From positions 744,001 through 808,000 of the forward strand of contig NW_026515675.1 in the NCBI RefSeq assembly GCF_025526975.1: a stretch of DNA of 64,000 nt. The letters are read 5' to 3'. Every line of letters begins with the position of its first letter. The first letter of the stretch is position 1. The position numbers and the translations under genes are program-made. Shown here one piece after another: positions 37,877 through 48,654 of this stretch. The DNA is from Fimicolochytrium jonesii (taxonomy: Eukaryota). Under the pieces are notes generated by a model, which did not search any database, was not told the DNA's origin, and saw nothing but the letters and a program-made list of their open reading frames with translations.

Positions 37877-38421
37877 ATCAGCTTTTCCAAATCAGCTCCC
37901 TATTAGATAGCGCTCCATCGTCTCCCCCCTTGTATAGTTTCTTTGAGTTTATAGTTCTGTGGATATTCCCCCGCCCCCCGTCATTAGACATTTTCTGTAC
38001 ATAGAATGCAACGCAGTTGTTGTAAATCATAAAGCCAAATTGAGCGTTTTTTCCTCATACTTGAACGTTCCACGTTTCTTTCGCTTCTTCTCTTCCTCTC
38101 CGACCCGCGGCCTCTTCGATGTCGCAACGAGCACTCATCTGGCACTTCCTCACGCGTTTTCTCCCCCCGCTCGTCCTGTCAAAGCCCTGTCAATTGCGGC
38201 CTATCTCATGCCTGCGGTCACATCAACTGAGACCCCTCCACACACACGTCCTCATTAATGCGGTCCCCTTTCGCAGTTGTGGAGAGCGCCTTGTTTCTCG
38301 TTTCTCCGGCGATCTGCTCAGAGGGATAAAACCAACTCGTCTTATCGTTTAAAGGAAAGCTGTACAACACTTCCTCTTTGTTCAATCACAACGCGAGAGG
38401 TTGACAACGAACAACCTCACG

Positions 38422-41400
38422 ATGCATACATTCATAACTGTTCTGTTCCTCGTCCTCGCTTCGATAATCGGCTCTGTCTTTGCCCAACAGCGATGGAACG
38501 AGACGGGAAATTTGGTAGGCTATGGGGCAAGCGGGCAGCCACTCTATCGGTATGAAGAAAGGAACCCATGGTCGTGTTCCCTCGTTATTCTCTACTTACA
38601 TTCATTCGTACCCTCCCAGGGCCACGCAATTGCCGGATATGAGCCAGTACAGCCGGCCCGTGACGCTTGCTCGTACGGAAACCGGCCAATTGCAGTTTGC
38701 GTACTACATCGAAAACAACACCTATTTGCGCTTTATGACGATGATGACGGGGTTTAAGCTTGGACATGTATGCGAACGGATGTACTTTCAGACTTGATGG
38801 CTTGTATGTGCGCTAAGCAAAACATTTCGCTCTCATTGCAGGCATTCATGGGTCTCGGCTTCGGCGACTCCATGCTCATAGCCGATTTCGTAATCACGCA
38901 CCTCGGCCCCGACGGTTCCACCGTCGAATCCCACGAACACATCCACCGCATGCAATACGCGCCCCCCTGGGCCTCTGAAAACCCCGAGCCGTGGGTGATC
39001 GAGCCCATCAACGGCGGCTTGGTGAACGGCACCTTCTTCAGCGAGATCCGACGCCCGTTTGATCCCCCGCAGCGTAGTCGACCGCATGTTGCGCTGGCGA
39101 GGGGAGATGTTGGCGATGGACAGCATGTTATTTGGGCGTATAATGTGGATTCGCCGAAGAATGATTGGGGTGGGAATTTTGAGTATCATAATCCCAACCC
39201 AGGTATGTCGACCTTCATCGAGTGTGCGCCTCGACCAACACAACTCACGCTTTGTTTGCCTCCCTCGCACCAGGAAGCAAGACCGGCCTCCCCAGCGAAA
39301 TCGGCCAAACCCACGGCAAGATGCTCGTCAACTTCGACCGCCGCAGCATTATCTATCAAGCGGTGCCCAACCCCGCCGGCCGCCTCGCCCACGGCATCAT
39401 GATGTTCACCGCCGCGCTCGTCATCTTCCCCGCCGGCGCCTTCTACTCCCGCTACATGCGCTTCATCCCCAGATGGATCTGGGTCCACATCGCGCTGCAG
39501 AGCATCGGCTACATCACCCTTCTCGCCGGTCTGGTCACGATGGTCCTCACCATCCGCACGTTCCGAGTCCACCCGCATTCCATCCTAGGTCTCGTGCTCA
39601 TTGGGTTATTGACCGCGCAGGTGTTTTTTGGATTCAGCAACCGCTCCCTCCTCCGCACCGACCTCCCGCGCACCCCGCGCCGCACAATGGTCAAATGGTT
39701 CCACCGCCTGCTCGGCACAGCCCTGATCCTCGGCGCCGTCGTGCAGGTCTACCTCGGCCTGCGGATCCTGTATCCACTGGAGGAGCCGCGCGGGGACGCC
39801 TTCTGGATCGTGTATTTTGTCGTCATTGGGTTCTGGGTGGCCGTGTTTGTGTGCACGCAGATTGGACGCAGGGCGTTCTTTGTGATTAAGGACAGGCCGT
39901 ATGCGGCCGTGCCGACCGAGGAGGGCGGGAAGTTTAGGGAGCCGCCGGGGATTGTGGAGTTGAATAGACGACAGGGGGGAAGGTTGTATCCGAATTTGGA
40001 AGCTTATGATTGGAAGGCGTTGGATAATGAGATTCGTCATGGGTAAGGATTACAGAAGTGTTTCTTTCGTTTGCTCCTTGTTGATGTTCTAAACTGTGTG
40101 ATGTCGGTAGTCGCCTCTTGGTCGTTGCAAACTCACGCTACATCTACGACACGTCAGAGTGGATCACTAGTCACCCCGGAGGCCAGGTGAGTGAGGGGGG
40201 GTTTCGGCGTCGTTCTCGATTAGACGGATATACTAACAACCGCTTTCAGTCCATCTTGTTGGCCGTTGCGGGAACAGACATCACAAGCGACTACTTCCAT
40301 GAAGGTAAATCTGACATCCCACGCTCTTCGAAACACGGCGCTAACCGTTTGTATGCTCTTCCTCTCCATCGCTCCTTTCGCAGGCGGATACGATGCGGTG
40401 GAGTAAGTATTGTCCAAGCCTCGGTTTACATCTCATGGCTTTCAATAACCAGTGCTCTTCACTCCTCCGTCCCTCACAGGTTCACACCGGCCCCCCCAGC
40501 CCCCAAACAAAGCTCCCGCCGCAAGAAAGCGCCCGTGCCCAACATGACCGCCACGCCCGACGCGCGCCTTTCGATTTCCGACATCCAGGGCGGGGAGGTG
40601 GAGGCGTACACCATGACGGCGCCCGCGGTGTTGACGCAGGCGGATTGGACAAAGATCACCCGGGCGAGGAGGCCGCATGTTCACACCAAGGTGTGTCCGA
40701 TTCCTCAAGATCTCTCCCGACGCGCAAACTCACCGCTCCCATCCATCCATCCCAGCTGGCCATCATGCGTCTCGCCCACCTCCTAGTCGGCGAACTCACC
40801 CCCGCCGCGTCCTCTCCGGATGATCCCGGCTCCCTCTACCACTTCGACCCGTACGAATACCGCCGCTACGCCTTGACTTCAAAGGAGCTCCTAACCGACC
40901 CCACCCAAAACTGCGCGCACCAGATCTACCGGCTCCGCTTCTGCCTCCTGTACCCCTTCGAGCCGCGCACCGCCGCCCCCGACGAGATCCTGCCGGGCCA
41001 GTGCATCGAGCTCCAAGTCCGCGTCAACGGCGTGCCGATGGCGCGATACTACTCCCCCGTCACCGGCACGCTCTCCGCCCTCGAGGTGTGGGTTAAGGCG
41101 TACCCGACCCAGGGGGTGAGCAGCTTTGTGTGCCGGGAACGCCCCGGGGACAGGCAGTTCAAGATCAGGGGTCCGTTTGGGCCGCCGTTGCTGGATCTGA
41201 TCAGTCCGAGCTTGAAGCCGGAGAGTTGGATTTGGGGGAGTATATTGTATGTCGCGGGCGGGACGGGGATCACGCCGTTTTTGCAGCTGTGCCAGTATCT
41301 GTTTCTGCCGGTCGGTGTGCCGTTGAAGGTGAGGGTCTGGACCTTCTTACGGAATGTTGGACGCGTTCACTCCACGCGCGTGGACGTACTGTAAAAACAC

Positions 41401-42291
41401 TCACGAACGAAACGACCTTTTCGCAATTTGGCAGGCCTCGTCCGCATACACCCCAACAATGCCCGACGAACTCACCATACGCGCCAACGACATCCTCGTA
41501 AGTCCCCCAGAATCCCTCTAGAATCCGGTCCCCCTCCCTGCACCCACCTCCCTAAACGGCGCCTCCCCGCCCCCAGGTCGTAACCCACCACTACCTCGAC
41601 GGCTGGGCGCACGGCACGAACCTCGACACGAACGAAGACGGCGTGTTCCCGCTCCCGATCACGGTCCCGCGGCACGGGCCGCACGTCAAGCTGGTCCTGC
41701 TGAACTGCGCGTCGTTTGTCGGGGATCTGGTCGGCGGGGAGATCATCGACGCCGTGCTGTTGAGTTACCCGGCCCAGTTGGAGGTGCATCATTGTGTCGC
41801 CGGCGGCGTGCCCGACGGTCGCGGGCGGTTCAGGTACGTGGGGGCGACTCCCTCCCCGTCCCTATCTTTTTTTCTCGTTTTCTGAGCCCTGTTGGTGTCG
41901 AGTGGGGGTTCGAATCCACTGATACTTTCGACCCCTTTTGTTTGCGTTGGGTAGCGGCTTCGCGTACACCGGCCACCTGACGGACCGCATTCTCCGCGAA
42001 GCCGTTCGCGGCGCCGCCAGCACGTCCAGCCCCGGGATGCGCTCCCGGGACGACCATTCGCACGTACAGGGGAAATGGAGTATTGTGTCGGGGCCGGCGA
42101 GTTTCAATGAGTTTGTTTATGGGAAGGTAAGGCTGGAAGCAATTTTTTGGGGGGGGGGATGTGTGAGGGGGTAAGGGGGCGGTTAATGATGGGTGAATTT
42201 TTTTGGTTAGTTGGTGCAGATGTTTGGATATAGGGATAAGGATATCGCGGTGTTGAGTAACTCGGTTGCTGATTGGAGGCAGGAGGGGTGA
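38422..42291 (+). CDS. Multi-domain membrane oxidoreductase: signal peptide - DOMON - cytochrome b561 - cytochrome b5 - FAD/NAD(P)H reductase with inserted SH3
   Basis: More than 10 exons. FMGLGFGDSMLIADFVI and FEYH (DOMON); AHGIMM, WVHIALQ, HPHSILG, WFHRLLG (b561); YDTSEWITSHPGG..AGTDIT (b5); RYYSP, RGPFG, AGGTGITPFLQ, SGPASF (FNR family); YTPTMPDELTIRANDIL|VVTHHYLDGWAHG..GVFP (SH3). Confidence 0.85.
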
Positions 42292-42712
42292 ATCTTCAAG
42301 CTCGGGCCTGTTATGTTTTGTTGCGTCTTCCTATTTTCCTTTCGAGAGGGGGCTTTGTTATGATGGGGGTGGATCGGCGCGGTTATCGTTTCGCTGGTGA
42401 ATGCTTTCGGCCTATTTTTTTCTCTCCTCCCTTTGTATCCATCGGCGTAGTTGAGCTTGTAGCCCAGAGCCTCGTTTACAGTAGCTTAGCGCACGACGAG
42501 CCCGTAGTGATCCTGTTCTCATCCTGCTATACAAATCATTCTTTCTTGAAGCCAATGAAATAAAACGATGGTTCTATTCCGAAGTCTCCGAATGCATGCG
42601 AAACAAAAAGAAAAATGGGCGTCAGGTCTAGCTAGCTACGGCGTCATGTATGTACAAATCCAACTCGAGTTTGTTCATCCCCCATCCCTCTGTGAATGTA
42701 TGCCCATCCCCC

Positions 42713-44614
42713 CTAATTCCTCCCAATCATCTTATCCATCACCCTGAACAACAACCCACTCATCCGTTCCGGCTCCGTCTGATACACACTCATCAAAAGC
42801 CCCATGCTCACACCCCCCATCAAGATCTCGAACCCCGGGATGCGCGTCATCACCCCGCGTTGATGTAACAGCTTCCACGCGGACGTGAACGCCTTCGGCG
42901 CGACGTACATGGCGAGTTCCGAGCGGCGCTGTTTGTGTTCGAGGAAGATGGAGGACGAGCAGCACATGCCGACAAAGTAGTACCAGTATCGGTGGTCCCT
43001 GCGGAGCACGTTTGGGATGGGCAGGGAGGAGAGGGCGAGGTTGCGTTGCGCGCAGATCATGACCTGGAAGATGCTGATGAACGCCGCGAGGAAGACGGCG
43101 CTCCGGGCGGTGGCGACCAGGTTTCGTTTTGTAACGTTCACGGGGTCGTGGAGGAGGACTTTTGGTTTGAAGAGGAGGAGCGGGACGAAGTTGAGGGCGA
43201 GGTAGACGGGGCCGATGTCGCGGAAGATGGTTGGCCAGAGTTGGGCGTTGTAGGTTAAGCAGGAGGCGGAGGAGGGGTGGAGGACGGAGCAGGGGACGAG
43301 GGGGAGCTGGCCGTTGTTCGCGTTGAGGTATCCGAGGGCGGAGGAGACGAGCTGTGGTGTGAAGGATTTGGGGCGGTGTTCGATGAGGGATGTCATGCGT
43401 TTCGCGGTATCCGGGAGAGTGATGCCCTTTGAGTAGGCGGCGACGTGGGTGCGGTTGAAATCGAGGATGGGGTGGGAGACCTGGCAGATGTTGACCATCC
43501 ACCTGTAGTATTCGGGCGGGATGGTGGTGGGCTGGATGATAAGGGCGTAGAGGATGCTGGCGCAGCTGAGCATGAAGAGGGCCGAGTCTCCGTGCGGGAA
43601 GTGGACGAGTTCCCGGGCTTTGAGGGCGTTGTAGCCGGCCTGCATGGAGCGGACGAAAAATTGTTGGGCGATGGCTATGCGGGATTCTTTTTCTTCAAAG
43701 AGCAGGGCGACGCTGCCTGCGATTCCGCCGGCGATCATCCCGTGCAGTTTGGAGGAGCGGTCGGAGGTGTGGGCTAGGAGGTTGTTGATGAGTTTCCAGA
43801 GGAAGGAGAAGGAGCCGATCATGGCTGCGAAGCGGGTTGATGTTGGGGCGTAGAATGCGGAAAGAGCGGATTTGAGCGTCGTCTTGCCCCGGAGGAAGAA
43901 GATGGTTTTGATCAGCGATGCGATCCCGCCTCGGAGGGCGTAACCTATGTAGGAGGAGAGATAATTATCATTAACAATCAGCCATCAACAACCATCAACA
44001 ACCATCAACAAATCGACCATCAACCCATCAACCCATCAACCCATCAGCCATCGTCGGATCATCAACCATCTTCAACCATCGACGATTATTAGGGGAATCT
44101 TGCGCGAGGGGAGTATTGCGCCTTTTCAATGTAGCTCGCGCTGCTCGCGCTTCGCTGACACTCGCGTAGGCGTTTGCTCGGCGCAGACACCCCCACTTCG
44201 CTCGTTGCAGACAGCCACCCATCGCTCTCTCCTCTCGCGGTTCGCATGGCTCACGGCTACACCCCCTTTTGCTCGCGACAGAAAACCACCCCTCGCTTCG
44301 CTCACGGCTCGCCACGGTCGGTCGCTTACGGCCCACATACCTAGTAAAAACGAGCGCAAACCACCCGATGTCGCATGGACGATAATCTGACGAACCGAAT
44401 TCCATTTTGGAGGAACAACGGGTTTGGGTATCGTATGGTGGTGTTTGATGTTGGTAGATGCCGGCAGTGGAGTTGGAGCTGGAGCTGGAGAGATGGGACT
44501 TTTGGAAGGGTGAGGTGAAAAAGAACTTCCCGAGTCTCTTCGGATCTCAGCCTTTGCAGCGTCCGTGACGGTGAGTTCCGTCGTTGTTGGAGCAGACAGT
44601 TCGTCGGATGCCAT
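42713..44614 (-). CDS. TMEM135-like (peroxisomal membrane) protein
   Basis: Exon 44341-44614 ends GGLRSFLLG; intron 43945-44340; then YALRGG..RFAAMIGSF, IAGGIAGS, HGDSALFMLSCASILYA, PCSVLHP, RSAVFLAAF, LEHKQRRSELAMYVAPKA. Confidence 0.85.
43966..44080. repeat. Degenerate CCATCAA(CAA) tandem repeats inside the TMEM135 intron
   Basis: ccatcaacaa accatcaacaa accatcaacaa..caacccatcaacccatcaacccatc. Confidence 0.8.
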
Positions 44615-45626
44615 ATCTGTGTTTATTCGTTCACTGGTTCGACAGCTGGATTATGGGAATGCGGGATGAACAGACCGGCTGTCTCCTCTTTTGTGTGATT
44701 TATGAGCGGGGGTTCTTTACAAGCGACAGACAGTTGTTGAGAGAGGAAGATGCAACAAGGAAAGGAGGAGGCAGGCGAGACCTGCGAAGCTTATGTATTT
44801 TGCGGAGATAGCCTGCCCCGTCGCAATGGATGGGATGCATACTAAAAACATAGATACTGTAGTTACGGCGCACGAGGATAGCACAAGACATGCATGCTAT
44901 GCCGAGGGGCCATTTTTGCGAAAAAGATCATAGCGGGATGGAAAGATGCCGGTGATGACGCTCGCGTGTTTCTCCCACATACATAGTGCCTGACGAGGAG
45001 GCCGCGCGAGAAGTAACGCCGCCCGCTTCCCATTGGCCGCCCCGGCTAAACGGTCCTTACTCCTGATACTAGAACTCCCGACATCAAATCCCATCTCACG
45101 TGACTTTGACTGTCGATTTTGTAGGACGCGCTGTCGGAATTTCCGTGGCCCACATCACAAAGCAGGCAAAGAACCGTGGAAGGGTTCTTCTCGCAGAGAG
45201 GACATGTCGCCATCAGGCAGTTCAGCAACTCATGATCCTAGCCGAATTTATGTGTCCGGCAATCACCGTACGTAACATGTCGGGCAGCGACATCAAAGGC
45301 TCCATCACCGAGACAGTTCGATGATATCCTTTGAAGACGATATTGTAATTGATACCGCAAATATAATTTTGTTACCCCTACGCCAGCCTCTGTTATTTTG
45401 GAGATGCGAATAGGGAGGTTGGTTCCGTACACGCCGCTTCGATCCATCCAAAAAGAATTCCGTTTTCCGACCTCGTTGTTTCCCAGCTCTCTCATTTTCC
45501 ATCCCCTCCTTTTTTTTTTCGCTCAATAGGCGAGTAAAAATTGATACCGAAAACCTACATAATTCTGTTTTGGATGAGAGGCACCCCCGTGCCACCCCCC
45601 GCTCGTCGAATGGGGGGTACCGCATC

Positions 45627-46575
45627 CTACAACACATCCACCCTCGCAAAGCAAACGGGGCACCTCTCCCTGATCATCACAAACTGCGAGATACACTCCT
45701 TGTGGAAAAAGTGGCCATGGCACACCTTCAACCTCACCACCGTACGCTCCGCCTCAGTCACAGTCGCGTCATCCACATCCGAGAAGTCTTCCTGGCACAT
45801 GACGCAGCGGTCGTTCGCCTCCAGCGTCGCCGGGTCGATGGTGACAAAGACGTGCTCGTTGGAGCGGCGGCGCGCGGGCCGGCGGAAATGCGTCAGGACG
45901 TTCTTCTGGTAGTACGTCTTTGTGGGTCTGTTGAGGTAGAATTTGTACGTGCCGCGGAACTGCGAGAAGTACGTCCCGGTGTTGAGGTCGATGGTCTTGG
46001 CGTTGGTGCTGTAGGCTCTTTCGATGGCCGTGCTGGTGGGCTCGTCGTAGGGGATCCACTGGGGCGTTGGGAGCACGATGACGAGTGAGATATGGGGATT
46101 GCGGCGAATCACAGTTGGGAACTTTTACCCTTTCATTGTCGGGCGTCCATTCCCAGATGACGCTCCTGAAGCGAGCCGTCGGTTTGGTCACGTAGCAAAT
46201 AACGCACGCGAGGTCTTCGTTCTGTTGGGGTCACATAAGAGTTGTGCAAAGGGGTCAGTTGATGTATGAGACTTTTTGAGAGTACGCCCCCACAGTCGCG
46301 CATAAAAACCAGGACCGATTTTTCCCACGAACCTTGTTCAGAAGCGAGCACTCAGTGCAAGCCCACTGACCGGCCGGAGGCGGCGCCAAAAGGCACAGCT
46401 TGCAAATGATGGCGCCCGTCTAAAGAGAAGGCGGACTGTTCAGACACCCCACATACAGGAAAAACTGTCATACACCGCACAGAAAAAAATCCCACGCCCT
46501 TACCGCATTGACAGCCGTGCACTGGGGACAGCGCCAGCAGGAAGGGTTCGCATCTGCAAAGGCGGTTGAGGCCAT
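45627..46575 (-). CDS. Small RanBP2/NZF zinc finger - WWE - RING-H2 E3 ubiquitin ligase (~198 aa)
   Basis: Exons 46575-46504, 46221-46129 and 46058-45627 join in frame: WRCPQCTAVNA|NEDLACVIC (W-x-C-x2-C-x3-N-x6-C-x2-C); WEWTPDNER|WIPYD...IERAY...QKN..T.FRRPARR (WWE); CVMC..CHGHFFHKEC..CPVC (RING-H2). Confidence 0.85.
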
Positions 46576-47126
46576 GTTTGGATGATTGACAGAAGAAATT
46601 GAGAGCGGAAACGGTTTTTGGAGTGGGTTGAAGTTTGCTGTGTCTCAGGGAAGTTCCAAGCGAGAGACCGAGCCCTTTTTTGTGGGGAGTTTCTGGGGCA
46701 AGGGACCCGTCGGGGAAGCAGCGAAAATTATGACAGCTGTCGTATATATGTACACCGCGTCTGCTCGTCGAAAAACAGCGGCCGAAAAAATCCTCAAAGG
46801 GAAAAGACAAGCCCCGACACTGCACAAATGCTCATCAAGAACGTCCTACTTTATATTTTGTTGCATGTTCCCGAATTCATAAATTCTCACGATATTGCTG
46901 GAAGGAGGGAGTTGTGATCGACAAAATGTTAGAGTATGCTATATGTCGCTACGATTATGGAAGATCAAAAAGATATATGTACGGGGAAAGGATATAAAAG
47001 TAAATTTAGGGGGGGGGGGTGACCTTTGAATGGAACTAAAGTGAGTACGTGATCCCTCTACGAGCATGTCAAGAGTGTGAAACTTACCAAAAGGTAGAGA
47101 GGATATGAGATGCATCAATGTGTATA

Positions 47127-48654
47127 TTAGCAACCGTGGATGAGCTTCGGCTCCTTGTCCATGGGGATGCAAGCTGTGGCCATCAGGGTGACTGAGGCGG
47201 CCGAGGCAGGGAGCGACGCGCGTACTCCCAGAGGATTTTTGGAATAGCTCAAGCGAATGCCTCCCTTTGTGGAGTTGCTCAATGGGTTTCCATACAGTTG
47301 GAAGAGAGCTTGGGTGGCACATTGAACGTCGTCAAACTATGAGAGTGTAGAGGACGATCAATAAGCAATCCCCTTGCGACAAACGAGTATGGGGCATGAA
47401 ACAATGTGACCTACCTCCACAAAGCACATTGGTCCATTGGGTCGCCCACGGAAGCAGAGACGTTTATAGCCTGGGCACCTCGAGAATAGTTCGCGGAGTT
47501 CGTCCTCGGATGTGTCAGGAGGAAGGTTTCCAACGTACAAGGTGTTGCAGGGTGGGTTGTGGTCTGAGTTTGAACGAGGGCCAAATGGAGCCAAGCCGGT
47601 GGGGCTAGCACCAGCGGAGTTGGAGGCGCTCGATGGTGCAGAACCACTGCTGTGGCTGTTGGCCGACGAGGTGGCTACACCCAAGCTCATCGGAGGCGAG
47701 AGACGTGGGAGGAGGCTTTCGCTGCTGAACAAAGCGCTGCTGAATCCACGCTGTTCAGAGAAAGACTGACTACGAATCATTGGCGCGGGTGCGGAGCGAT
47801 CAAGGTCGAGCATGTCGTTGAAATGACCTGCGGCATGTGCCATGCCCGATCGGTTGGGTACAGAACTTGCTAGGGCAGGTCGATTTGCCTCCATATAGTC
47901 GGCAAAGGATGGGCCGCCCCTCGGAGAGAAGGGGGATTCGCTCAGTGATGCAGAGGCTTGATGGGTTGATGATGTCTCTGGGTAAAAGTCGCAGACGTCC
48001 ATGGACGGGTAAAACTCGTGGTCGCCGAACATGTCACGAGACACAGGGGGTGTCGTTCCAGGCATGAAGAAAGGATCCGTAAACATGCTTGCGCTGTCTT
48101 TTGACCCGCGTCGTTGGAGGTGGCCGAATTGGTTGATGCCAAACCCAGCGGCGGCCAGAACTTGATGTTCGTTGGACAAACCGCGCTTTGTGTGAAGGTT
48201 CTTCTTAGCCATCTCAGCCTTCAGTACGCAGCCTCGCTCGGCATCCACTTTACGCCCGCTGAGGACATCGCGAGCCTCGAGCGCGTCTAGTCGGGTGCGG
48301 AATTTGGCGAATCCGATCTGGGAGGTATAAGATGGGTGAGTTGGATGATGACATGGTCTCGAAAAAGGGGCAGGACATACAATCTGCTTGCGGGCATTCG
48401 GCATCCCTGTCCCATCGTCGCTGTCAGTCTGCGAAGGGATCTTGAGGGTAGCGGCCTCAAAGCCGGCAGAAAATGTGAACATGTTCTGAAACTCGCGTTC
48501 CAGCATGTCATCGGGGAACCCAACGACGAAAATGGTGGTGATCTCCTCCTGCTCAAGAGATAGACGTGGTATTGTAGGAGATCAGTAACGCATCGAATGA
48601 AGGTCGATTGCAACTCCGACGACGATGATTTACCTGCATCATGATGACTGGCAT
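47127..48654 (-). CDS. Scw1/Whi3-like two-RRM RNA-binding protein; start uncertain
   Basis: [97 protein letters not shown]. Confidence 0.88.

Noticed and set aside
41892..41921. GGTTCGAATCC B-box / T-loop-like motif in an intron
   Set aside because: No anticodon arm or acceptor stem; too short for a tRNA; at most a chance match or relic.
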